Of a stretch of 64,000 bases of DNA, positions 19,858 to 28,877 are shown piece after piece. The notes below the pieces were generated by a model, which ran no database searches, was not told the origin of the DNA, and was given only the letters and a program-made list of their open reading frames with translations. The translations under genes were made by a program, and so were the position numbers. Location of the stretch: the NCBI GenBank assembly GCA_046482545.1, contig JAWOEX010000028.1:256001-320000 (forward strand), read 5' to 3'. The first letter of the stretch is position 1. Every line of letters begins with the position of its first letter. The stretch comes from Candidatus Thorarchaeota archaeon (GTDB taxonomy: Archaea; Asgardarchaeota; Thorarchaeia; Thorarchaeales; Thorarchaeaceae).

Positions 19858-19962
19858 GTGTAATCACGTCAAACCGAGTGTTGCTATCGTCAAGAGCTTT
19901 CTAAGCAATTATTGCAGAGTCCTTTATATGACCTGTGTACTCAATACGCTCGGTTAGATGCG

Positions 19963-21399
19963 ATGCTAAAAGTCTACAATACACTTTCCAGAGATAAGGA
20001 AGCATTCGAACCACTGGAAGATAACGAAGTACGCATGTATGTATGCGGTCCAACCGTGTATGATTACCCGCATATCGGAAATGCCAGATCATTTGTGGTC
20101 TTTGACACAATCCGTCGGTACTTGGATTTCAAGGGCTACAGAGTCTTCTATGTCACAAATTTTACGGACATCGACGACAAGATGATTAATCGTGCCAACG
20201 AAGAAGGCATCGCTGTTCCGGAGTTAGCCGAACGATTCATTACGGAGTACAGGAAAATAGAACGGGAACTCAACGTAAAGCCTGCAGATAGAAATCCTCG
20301 TGCAACTGAGCACATCCAAGACATGATTGAAATGGTCGAAAACATCCTAGAGAATGGTAAAGCATACGAAGTCGATGGTGATGTGTACTTCAATGTGAGC
20401 GAATTTGAAAACTACGGAACGCTCTCGAAGATATCCCCTGAAGAGCTGGACTCGGGCGCGAGGGTTGAAATAGATGCAAAGAAGAAGGATGCTAGAGACT
20501 TCGCCTTGTGGAAAGCCCAGAAACCCGGTGAACCGGCATGGGACAGCCCGTGGGGTAAAGGCAGACCCGGTTGGCACCTTGAATGTTCCGTTATGGGAAA
20601 ACACTTCTTAGGCGTACCATTTGATATCCATGGCGGAGGGCAGGATCTTATTTTCCCTCATCACGAGAACGAAATCGCACAGACAGCAGCAGCATACGAT
20701 GTGGGGCAACCCATCAAGTACTGGCTTCATAATGGCATGCTAACGATCGATGAGGAAAAGATGAGCAAATCAGAGGGCAACTTTTTCACCAGCCGCGAGG
20801 TACTTGATGCCTACGATGCTCAAGCTGTGCGACTGTTCTTGGTCTCAGGTCACTATCGCCACCCACTTGACTACAACCAAGAAGCTCTTGAGCAGGCTAC
20901 TACATCCATTGAGAGATTGAGAAATGTCGCAGAACGATTGCGGGGAAGAATGCAAATAATCCGACAAAAAGATTTCAAACCAAGTGAAGCAGATGCCACT
21001 CTGGAAGAATCTATAGATCAGGTGAGGGAAGGCTTCGAACGAGAGATGGATGATGATTTCAATACTCCTGGTGCCCTAGCAGAGATATTCTCTTTCGTGA
21101 AGGAGATAAATACCGTCATTGACGATGTGGGCAACCCTGCGACCCTCAGGGATGCACTGGGTGTATTGAAGGAACGACTCATGGTTCTTGGAATTGATTT
21201 GGAGAGGGGTAAGACTGAACTCTCAGTCACTGGACAATCTGAATTGGTTGGAAAACTAATCGACTTTGTCCTCAGCATTAGAGAGAAAGCACGAGAAGAA
21301 CAAGACTATGAGACCGCGGACAAGATAAGGGACGGACTGGCTGATTTAGGAATCGAAGTCAAAGACACCAAAGATGGACCTACGTGGAGGATGAATTAG
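19963..21399 (+). CDS. cysS: Cysteine-tRNA ligase
   Basis: MYVCGPTVYD, HIGN, GRPGWHLECS, HGGGQDLIFPHHENE, KMSKS. Confidence 0.97.
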   Translation: MLKVYNTLSRDKEAFEPLEDNEVRMYVCGPTVYDYPHIGNARSFVVFDTIRRYLDFKGYRVFYVTNFTDIDDKMINRANEEGIAVPELAERFITEYRKIERELNVKPADRNPRATEHIQDMIEMVENILENGKAYEVDGDVYFNVSEFENYGTLSKISPEELDSGARVEIDAKKKDARDFALWKAQKPGEPAWDSPWGKGRPGWHLECSVMGKHFLGVPFDIHGGGQDLIFPHHENEIAQTAAAYDVGQPIKYWLHNGMLTIDEEKMSKSEGNFFTSREVLDAYDAQAVRLFLVSGHYRHPLDYNQEALEQATTSIERLRNVAERLRGRMQIIRQKDFKPSEADATLEESIDQVREGFEREMDDDFNTPGALAEIFSFVKEINTVIDDVGNPATLRDALGVLKERLMVLGIDLERGKTELSVTGQSELVGKLIDFVLSIREKAREEQDYETADKIRDGLADLGIEVKDTKDGPTWRMN

Positions 21400-21470
21400 C
21401 CCCAAATTCTCCTGACTTCAAAGGCAAATCAAAGGAATGGTTTACCTCTGACGATAGAATCTACAGACTC

Positions 21471-22859
21471 TCAACAATCATCGTATCGGTTCTTGACATT
21501 AACCAAGAGACCTGGGTCATTGAGCACATACACTGTTGGTTCTGGATGCTCCTTCAGGAACGCGTCCATGATGTCTCTTAGAACATTTTGAGCGTCTTCG
21601 AAGCTTCTTGGATTCCGGCCATCCATCCGATAGACTTCGCTCAGGATCTCTGGGTCTAACTCGGTTACCAGTTTGATATTGCGCTCGGCCACATCTAGGA
21701 GTATTCGGAACAAATCAGGGGGTTTCTGGTTGCCTATCTTGAAGGTCTCTTCTGTGCAATAGGTTTTGATGACGTGTTTCAGGGCATCCTTCACAACCAT
21801 GTCTTTCGTTTGCTGCATTGCTTCTTCGTATCCCATACTTCCAATACCTTCTTCACATGGAGCCAGCAGCACAATCCAGCCATTGAGATCATGCCTAACA
21901 GCGTTCCAAGAAGCATGGATGCCTTTACCTGCTTGGTAGAGATTAAGTCCTAGTTCTCCCACCGAAGTGAACACGATGTCAGCAGGTTCTTCTACATCAA
22001 CCACTCTGAGCCGGCGGAGAGGTTCAGCTGCAGCCTCATGGCAGGCAATCAAATCACCAGCTTGCAGGTACACAATTTCATCATTGTGGACTATCGTGTC
22101 AATACAGAACATAGGAAGATCCTTACCCACCCGTTCGGCAATATCAATCATATCTTGAATGACAGGATTACCTTTGGTATTGCCCAGTCTACATCCATCA
22201 ACAAATCCTTTCTCAAGGTCGAACATGCGTGGATGGTTCACGCGTATGGTTTCTCGTCCAGCAACACCAGGGCAGAATAACTTGACAGTACCGGCCTGTC
22301 CGGCGAAGTAATGATATTCAGAATCACTGAGTGGGATTACAAGGCATGCATCTAAGACGCGTTCATCGATATAGATTGGAGTCCCTCTGGGGCTGTTTCC
22401 AACATGTTTGTTACCCGAATCACAATCGTGGATTAGTATGTTGTCTTTCCATTCATTGTACAATTCTGTATGGAGTATCTTCTTCTCGATGCTTTCTGGT
22501 GTTGGTTGCGTATGAGAACCACTAGCGATGATGATTTTGATATCCTTTTTCTGTACGTCATAGTCAAGCAACCTACTAGTTAGACGGCCAAGGAGTGCCC
22601 GGGTGTGAATGTTTGGGCGAGTATTGTCATCAACAATCATCATAATCGTTTCGCCATGGTCATAGACCTCATCCAAAAGGTCTTCCAGAGGCGGCGATTC
22701 TATTGGATTAGCTAGAACTTCATCCAGTTTCACAGTGAGGTCGTCAAAGGGGGGCTCGTATTCCTCCACGTCGAGCACACTGACGTTTTGAACTGATTTT
22801 GGGATAAAGCGGTCAACAACAGTAGAGCCATACTTGAGTGGAGTTTCGTAATATTTCAT
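21471..22859 (-). CDS. Lactate racemase (LarA)-family nickel-pincer enzyme
   Basis: IVDDNTRP, ASGSH, HYFAGQAGTVK, NLYQAGK, APCEEGIG; start ATG 22859. Confidence 0.8.
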   Translation of the reverse strand: MKYYETPLKYGSTVVDRFIPKSVQNVSVLDVEEYEPPFDDLTVKLDEVLANPIESPPLEDLLDEVYDHGETIMMIVDDNTRPNIHTRALLGRLTSRLLDYDVQKKDIKIIIASGSHTQPTPESIEKKILHTELYNEWKDNILIHDCDSGNKHVGNSPRGTPIYIDERVLDACLVIPLSDSEYHYFAGQAGTVKLFCPGVAGRETIRVNHPRMFDLEKGFVDGCRLGNTKGNPVIQDMIDIAERVGKDLPMFCIDTIVHNDEIVYLQAGDLIACHEAAAEPLRRLRVVDVEEPADIVFTSVGELGLNLYQAGKGIHASWNAVRHDLNGWIVLLAPCEEGIGSMGYEEAMQQTKDMVVKDALKHVIKTYCTEETFKIGNQKPPDLFRILLDVAERNIKLVTELDPEILSEVYRMDGRNPRSFEDAQNVLRDIMDAFLKEHPEPTVYVLNDPGLLVNVKNRYDDC

Positions 22860-23057
22860 GCTAGCCCACTGTCTTGAAAGAACGGTTTTCAATATGTAAT
22901 GATTTTGGTTGAGGACAACAGGTAATGATAGTATTTAGGTGTAAATGTCGTTAGTCAATTATAAATCTCTAATCGCCTGAGTTAGTGTATACAAGCCAAC
23001 TTACGTGATTCTCTCATCACTGCCTTCCGCCCGAACTTTGACAGTTCCATCTTGAAT

Positions 23058-23417
23058 CTACACAAACAAGCGTACGAAACCTTGGAAATGACTGTTCCAA
23101 CAAATGACAAGTACCACAAACACCAAACCAATGACAACAATGATTGGAACTAAAGTGTCCAAAGCGTAATACGGCCAAGCAATCATTCGGCAGACTTGTA
23201 TAGCCAAAAATAAGAAAACGAGTATAGCAAAACATAGAACAACATAGTGGCAGGCCGATCTCCAAACCCTTTCCAACACAATTTGCCTATCCCTCTGTTC
23301 CTTAATGTCGTATGGCCTTTCTGTTTCGTGATGTCTCCATTCACTGATGCGTTCATGAACTTCTTCCGTATCAGCGTCCTCGGGTAGCTTGATTGTGTCC
23401 TCTCCAACATACGACAC
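23058..23417 (-). CDS. Small two-TM membrane protein, possibly truncated
   Basis: Two hydrophobic helices; the frame continues plausibly past the TAG. Confidence 0.4.
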   Translation of the reverse strand: MSYVGEDTIKLPEDADTEEVHERISEWRHHETERPYDIKEQRDRQIVLERVWRSACHYVVLCFAILVFLFLAIQVCRMIAWPYYALDTLVPIIVVIGLVFVVLVICWNSHFQGFVRLFV

Positions 23418-23557
23418 TGTGCCAAACCTCTATACCTACAACAGCCCACGTATCAGTAAATCATCATAGATATGTTGGCTCTGCCATACTAATCGGATAT
23501 TGACAGCCGGATATGAATGCGAAGCACAAATGGATGATGAATCTTGGCCGACTTGAT

Positions 23558-23583
23558 AAAGCTTATAACTTAGATGCATCTAA
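23558..23583 (+). promoter_or_regulatory. TATA box plus palindromic operator upstream of the feo operon
   Basis: AAAGCTTATAA immediately followed by the perfect 14-bp palindrome TTAGATGCATCTAA (23570-23583). Confidence 0.6.
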
Positions 23584-23651
23584 CTTTTCTCGGTCGACAT
23601 AGGTCGGGAATTTTCAATCTCAGTTGTGCCAACATTAGGTGATTTGCAGCG

Positions 23652-24005
23652 ATGCCATTAGGACCAAGTAAACAGGGGGCAACTTCACAGCCGAGACTCC
23701 TAAATAGTATGCCCGCTGGAAGCCGCTGCGTTTTTGTGGACATCATCAGCAGAAATCCGAGAAGAAGACCTATGGCTAGAGGAAAGAGACGCGGAGTTTT
23801 TGGTCGAGGTCGCCGAGGGCATCGAAGTGGACGAAGAGCATTCAGGAAAATTCAGAATCGGATCGTGGACCTGGGATTGACCCGAGGTGTTACGATGAAA
23901 GTTTTGCAAGGAGGGTGTCAAGGGCCCGTCCTCATCGAGGTAAGAGGGACCCGACTTGCATTGGGACAAGAACTTGCTAGTAGAATTCTGGTCCAGGCGG
24001 TTTGA
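23652..24005 (+). CDS. feoA: Ferrous iron transport protein A with an Arg/Gly-rich insert
   Basis: RIVDLGLTRG...GPVLIEVRGTRLALGQELASRILV. Confidence 0.88.
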   Translation: MPLGPSKQGATSQPRLLNSMPAGSRCVFVDIISRNPRRRPMARGKRRGVFGRGRRGHRSGRRAFRKIQNRIVDLGLTRGVTMKVLQGGCQGPVLIEVRGTRLALGQELASRILVQAV

Positions 24006-24011
24006 TGAAGC

Positions 24012-24827
24012 ATGATACGAGTCGCTCTGATAGGCAACCCAAATGTCGGTAAGAGCGTTATCTTCAACAATCTGACAGGAAGCAAACAGCATACTGGAAA
24101 TTGGCCGGGAAAGACAGTCGAGCGAAAAGAGGGGTATTTCGAACACAAGGGACAGAAGTTCGAAGTAATCGACCTACCAGGCGTGTACAGTCTGAGCGCT
24201 CGGTCTGAAGACGAAAAAGTAGCTCGTCAATATCTCATCGATTACCGACCAGAAGTAGTGGTCGACATTGTAAACGCGGCTCAATTGGAGAGAAATCTCT
24301 ACCTAACGTTACTCCTTATAGAGCTGCAGCTCAATCTGGTTGTGGTTCTCAATATGGGAGATATCATTGAAGCTAGAGGAGACAGGATAGACGTTGAAGC
24401 ACTTTCTGATAGATTAGATGCTCCTGTTGTCGTAACCACTGCGACGAAAAAAACAGGAATGGAAAAGCTCAAAGATGCGATTCTGAAGGCTGTCCCCGAA
24501 GGTCTCCGTGAAGAACCAACTGCTCATCACGGAAACTCAGAGGAACACGTACCGGGTGATATCGACAGGAATGACCACCTGCACTATCATCCACGGTATC
24601 ATCATCACGGAGAGTACGAACGCCTTTCTCCACCACCTCTTAAGTATAGCACCGAAGTTGAACGGAAGCTCAAGAAGATAGTCATGCTGATAGAAGACAA
24701 ACAAGAACTGCGCGAGCGGTTCCCGCCGCGATGGCTGGCACTGAGGCTTTTCGAGCGCGATCAAGAGATTCTGGATATGATTGAAGATTCTGAACTGAGG
24801 AATAAGATTCTGGAGATAACGCCATGA
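24012..24827 (+). CDS. feoB: FeoB soluble GTPase/helical portion (split gene)
   Basis: GNPNVGKS, GNWPGKTVE, DLPGVYSL, ERNLYL. Confidence 0.92.
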   Translation: MIRVALIGNPNVGKSVIFNNLTGSKQHTGNWPGKTVERKEGYFEHKGQKFEVIDLPGVYSLSARSEDEKVARQYLIDYRPEVVVDIVNAAQLERNLYLTLLLIELQLNLVVVLNMGDIIEARGDRIDVEALSDRLDAPVVVTTATKKTGMEKLKDAILKAVPEGLREEPTAHHGNSEEHVPGDIDRNDHLHYHPRYHHHGEYERLSPPPLKYSTEVERKLKKIVMLIEDKQELRERFPPRWLALRLFERDQEILDMIEDSELRNKILEITP

Positions 24828-26143
24828 CGGAATCAACGGAACAGCAGGAAAGCAAAGACCCCAGATACGAGGAGGAAATCAATCCCCGGGTCATTCTTGC
24901 CGATGAGCGATATGAGCTAATCTCCGACATTCTAAATGAGGTATATCAGCCCGGAGAGCAGAAGTGGATGCTCAGCGACATGCTTGACGAGGTCTTTCTC
25001 CACAAGTACCTTGGGTTACCGATCTTCTTCCTCATAATGTGGGCCATGTTCGAGTTCACTTTCCAAGCCTCCGAAGTATTCATGGCCTTGATAGAAGTCG
25101 GCTTTGCGTACCTAGGAGGTTTCACTAGTCAGATACCGATCACTTGGGTCGCTTCGCTTGTGACTGATGGAATCATCGGTGGCGTAGGATTCATCCTGGT
25201 GTTTTTGCCCCCGATACTTTTCATGTATTTCGCAATAGCTCTTCTGGAGAACAGTGGCTACCTGGCACGAGCAGCATTCGTCATGGATAGACTGATGGTT
25301 AAAATGGGCCTTCATGGAAAATCATTCATACCATTGCTACTCGGCTTTGGCTGTACTGTTCCAGCAGTAATGGCAACACGAACAATCGAGGGCAAGTCGA
25401 ACAGACTTACAACCATTCTGATTAGTCCGCTTATGTCGTGTGCAGCAAGACTGCCTGTGTATGTATTGGTAGCCGGTGTCTTCTTCCCGATGATTTCTGG
25501 TACAATTGTCTTCTCGATGTACACGATTGGTATTGCTATGGCAGTAGTTATGGCGCTCATTTTCAAGAAGACACTTTTCCAAGGGAAGGCTTCACCGCTT
25601 CTGATGGAGCTACCTATGTATCAGATGCCCACATTACGAGACACCTCCATCCAAACCTGGGAACGAACAGTTTTGTTCCTCAAGAAAGCCGGCACCTATC
25701 TCCTCACAGGATCTGTAGTCCTCTGGTTTGCATCATCTTTTGGTCCGGCTGGATTTGGAATTCCAACAACTGAATCATACGTGAGTATTCTGGGGAAATT
25801 TGCCGAACCCATCTTCAGACCATTGGGTTTCACATGGGAAATCGTAGCAGCACTGATCTTTGGACTTCTGGCAAAAGAAGTCGTCGTGGGTTTCCTAGGA
25901 GTTATATTCGCAGTCCAGGGTGAAGGCGCAATTGCAGCCGCTCTACAAGCAGTGATGAGCCCTGTATCGGCATTTGCTTTCATGATTTTCGTACTCATCT
26001 ATACTCCCTGCATAGCTACTATCGGTGTCATCAAGAAAGAAACCGGATCTACAAAGTGGGCCGCCTTCTCGGTACTCTATCAATTTCTATTGGCCTATGC
26101 CTTGGCATTCATTACGGTGTTTATTGGAGGTTTATTCTTCTGA
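24824..26143 (+). CDS. feoB: FeoB membrane portion (split gene)
   Basis: LENSGYLARAAF, GFGCTVPA, MSCAARLP, MELPMY, AKEVVV, YTPCIAT; ATGA overlap with the upstream stop. Confidence 0.92.
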   Translation: MTESTEQQESKDPRYEEEINPRVILADERYELISDILNEVYQPGEQKWMLSDMLDEVFLHKYLGLPIFFLIMWAMFEFTFQASEVFMALIEVGFAYLGGFTSQIPITWVASLVTDGIIGGVGFILVFLPPILFMYFAIALLENSGYLARAAFVMDRLMVKMGLHGKSFIPLLLGFGCTVPAVMATRTIEGKSNRLTTILISPLMSCAARLPVYVLVAGVFFPMISGTIVFSMYTIGIAMAVVMALIFKKTLFQGKASPLLMELPMYQMPTLRDTSIQTWERTVLFLKKAGTYLLTGSVVLWFASSFGPAGFGIPTTESYVSILGKFAEPIFRPLGFTWEIVAALIFGLLAKEVVVGFLGVIFAVQGEGAIAAALQAVMSPVSAFAFMIFVLIYTPCIATIGVIKKETGSTKWAAFSVLYQFLLAYALAFITVFIGGLFF

Positions 26144-26589
26144 AAATTAACGAACAAAGACTTACCTTCATGGCGCTTTCTTCATTGTCAGGGGGGGTAT
26201 ACACAGCCGTCGGAGTACTCATACTACTCTCTACTGTGGGTATTGTGCCTTTTGCAGTTGGTTCTGGCGATATTCTAACGGGTCTGATGATACTGGTTGT
26301 GGGTGCCGTCTTCTTGGAAGGAGTGAAGAATCTGAGAGACACAGTATCTGAAGCTGCCCCCTTTCTCATAGTGGGAATATTGCTGTCCAGTATAGTTGCA
26401 GGGCTGCAGGTAGCCATTCTCCTCTCGAACGCACTTGGCTGGATTATCGGACTCGAAGAATGGACAGAATGGAACATCGCTAGTGACCTAACTCCTGCAA
26501 TTTGGCTCTTCCCAGTTGCGATTCCGTTGCTCGTTGCCATGCACCCGTTTTCAAAGCACGTAGTGAGGAAGCCAGAGGAAGTGACCTGA
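26140..26589 (+). CDS. Four-TM membrane protein in the feo operon
   Basis: Hydrophobic ORF between feoB and feoC; start is either CTG 26140 (after GGAGGT) or ATG 26170. Confidence 0.65.
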   Translation: MKINEQRLTFMALSSLSGGVYTAVGVLILLSTVGIVPFAVGSGDILTGLMILVVGAVFLEGVKNLRDTVSEAAPFLIVGILLSSIVAGLQVAILLSNALGWIIGLEEWTEWNIASDLTPAIWLFPVAIPLLVAMHPFSKHVVRKPEEVT

Positions 26590-26871
26590 GTGCTCAAACG
26601 GATACTACACATTATTCTTGAAGAGAAAATCGCTCACAAGAAAGAGATTGCCAAGGAACTAGGAGTGCAGATGTCCACTCTGGATGATATGTTGAATATA
26701 CTTTTGGAGAACGGATATCTCAGACTGGGAAAATGTGATTATGATTCTGAAGTGACTTGCCCATCATGCCCAATGGCCGACACCTGCCGAGAAAAAGCAA
26801 TGATTTCTAACGAATACTATGTCACGGATAGAGGAGCAGATTTTGTCCAACCGGCCGCCACGAAATCGTAA
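26590..26871 (+). CDS. feoC: FeoC-like winged-helix protein with a Cys cluster
   Basis: KEIAKELGV...LLENGYL wHTH followed by C...CPSCPMADTC. Confidence 0.75.
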   Translation: MLKRILHIILEEKIAHKKEIAKELGVQMSTLDDMLNILLENGYLRLGKCDYDSEVTCPSCPMADTCREKAMISNEYYVTDRGADFVQPAATKS

Positions 26872-26965
26872 ACTAGTATATTTATTGGGGTAACAGATAT
26901 CTTTCTCACAAGCTTATCTAATTCATAACACATAGTGGTTACCACACCCTGGGAGCCTATCTAAA

Positions 26966-27919
26966 ATGGGCCACAAGAAGAAGAACGGCAAGAAAAAGTC
27001 TGACAAAGATGAGGAGTTCACATGTCCGGAATGTGGAGGACATAAGCTCATAGAAGATCTAGAAAAGGGCGAGAAAATCTGTGCATCCTGTGGACTGGTA
27101 ATAAGCGAAAGGCACATGGATACTGGCCCAGAGTGGCGAGCGTTTACTTCAGAAGAACGGAAAACCCGTGCGAGAGCAGGGGCACCGGCTGATTATACAA
27201 AGCATGACAAAGGTCTCTCCACTATGATTGATTGGCGCGATCGTGATGCTCAGGGGAAAGGCTTCTCGGCGAAAAGACGTTCTGAAATCTACAGACTTCG
27301 AAGATGGCAAATTCGGACGAGAGTTCACAGCTCAGTAGAACGAAATCTAGCTCAAGCAATGAGCGAGCTCGATAGACTCGCATCCCAATTGAAGCTAAGC
27401 AAGGGTATAAAGGAACTGGCGGCTCTTCTATATAGGAAACTCATTGTGGAGAAGCTGATTCGTAGCAGGTCTATTGAGGCCATGGTAGCCGCAGCAGCCT
27501 ATGCTGCGTGTAGACTCAGAGAGGCTCCGCGATCGCTTGATGAAATTGCGAGAGAATCACGAATAAGCAGAAAGAAAATCGGACGCCATTATAGGCTCTT
27601 GGTTGAAAAACTGAACCTGCGAATGCCCATATCGGATCCTGTGAACTATGTGCCTCGATTGATAGCCGAATTGAATCTTCCAAGCACAGTTCACGAGAAG
27701 GTCATGGAAATCCTCGAGGCGGCAAAGAAGAAACACAGCCTTGTAACAGGAAAAGACCCGAGGGGGCTGGCTGCTGCAGCAATCTACATAGCTTCCATTA
27801 TTGTGGATCACAAGGCTACACAGCGAGAAATTGCTGCTGCCGCAGGAGTTACAGAGGTCACGGTCCGCAATAGATACAAAGAACTTGTAGAGAAGCTGAA
27901 TATCTCGCTGAACCCTTAG
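26966..27919 (+). CDS. tfb: Transcription initiation factor IIB
   Basis: CPECGG/CASCG zinc ribbon, GPEWRAF B-reader, two cyclin repeats, GVTEVTVRNRYKE. Confidence 0.96.
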   Translation: MGHKKKNGKKKSDKDEEFTCPECGGHKLIEDLEKGEKICASCGLVISERHMDTGPEWRAFTSEERKTRARAGAPADYTKHDKGLSTMIDWRDRDAQGKGFSAKRRSEIYRLRRWQIRTRVHSSVERNLAQAMSELDRLASQLKLSKGIKELAALLYRKLIVEKLIRSRSIEAMVAAAAYAACRLREAPRSLDEIARESRISRKKIGRHYRLLVEKLNLRMPISDPVNYVPRLIAELNLPSTVHEKVMEILEAAKKKHSLVTGKDPRGLAAAAIYIASIIVDHKATQREIAAAAGVTEVTVRNRYKELVEKLNISLNP

Positions 27920-27931
27920 CAGGAACCGGAA

Positions 27932-28531
27932 CTACTCGTCATTGAGTTCGTCCAAGGTTTCAAAGAAATTGCGCGTAAGGAAGGAACGGTACTCGAAACC
28001 ACCCCATCCACTTTCCACCATCAGCTGGTCAACTGAACCAAGCATTTCTTCTCGTGACATCAGGCGTACGTTATAGATTTCGTAGTCATCGATGATTTCC
28101 ATATTGCCATCAGTGGCCTCTGCCAAGAAGACCAGAGAACGCCAAGGGATTGTCTCATCGGGGCATTTCACTTCAAGCCGGACGTCCATGACAAATCTTG
28201 TGAGATCCACCTTGAGCCCGGTTTCTTCATGCATCTCTCTCTCTGCTGCCTCTTCCAAGTCCTCATCTGGATGAGCTCCACCGGAAGGGGCACGATAGAT
28301 ACCGGTTTGGGCGTATTGATGCTTCTGAATTACAACGTATTGGTCATCTTTCTGGATGAAACACGTGATGTCATGGTTGCGTCCTTTTGCGGCACTCCGT
28401 CGTACTAGCTCGCATTCGAAATCCAGAAAATCAGCAGAGAAGACGAATACCTGTGGATTACCGTATTTCGATATCATCTCCTTGACCTGATCATCGAACG
28501 TTCGGTTGGGTAGATGTTCCATATGCATCAT
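27932..28531 (-). CDS. NUDIX hydrolase
   Basis: GGAHPDEDLEEAAEREMHEETG Nudix box. Confidence 0.88.
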   Translation of the reverse strand: MMHMEHLPNRTFDDQVKEMISKYGNPQVFVFSADFLDFECELVRRSAAKGRNHDITCFIQKDDQYVVIQKHQYAQTGIYRAPSGGAHPDEDLEEAAEREMHEETGLKVDLTRFVMDVRLEVKCPDETIPWRSLVFLAEATDGNMEIIDDYEIYNVRLMSREEMLGSVDQLMVESGWGGFEYRSFLTRNFFETLDELNDE

Positions 28532-28716
28532 GTTAGAATTGATGGTACAAAGAGCTTAGGGTAAGGAAACAGAATTCATGAAGATGTTTAACCTCGTTTG
28601 CATCATTGTACTAGAGACCAGTCAGCGATAATCTTAAATTGGATTATTCGTATAATTATAGCACAGGAAAAGAAAAACTCTAGATGAGTCTCCAGATGCC
28701 TACTTTTCATCGAAAA

Positions 28717-28747
28717 ATTTATTAGTGCAGATTCTAGACTAATAAAT
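28717..28747. promoter_or_regulatory. 10-bp inverted repeat overlapping TATA-like boxes between NUDIX and the second tfb
   Basis: ATTTATTAGT-N11-ACTAATAAAT preceded by an A-rich BRE-like tract. Confidence 0.5.
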
Positions 28748-28877
28748 ATAACGGAAGTCTGAGGGTCTGCTTCAACCGTTCTATCACACTGGCGCCACTA
28801 CTAACTGGATTTCTACTGTGCTGGAGCTATTTGGAGATAGGATACCGGACGTACCGACAACGGAGAGATAATAGGAG

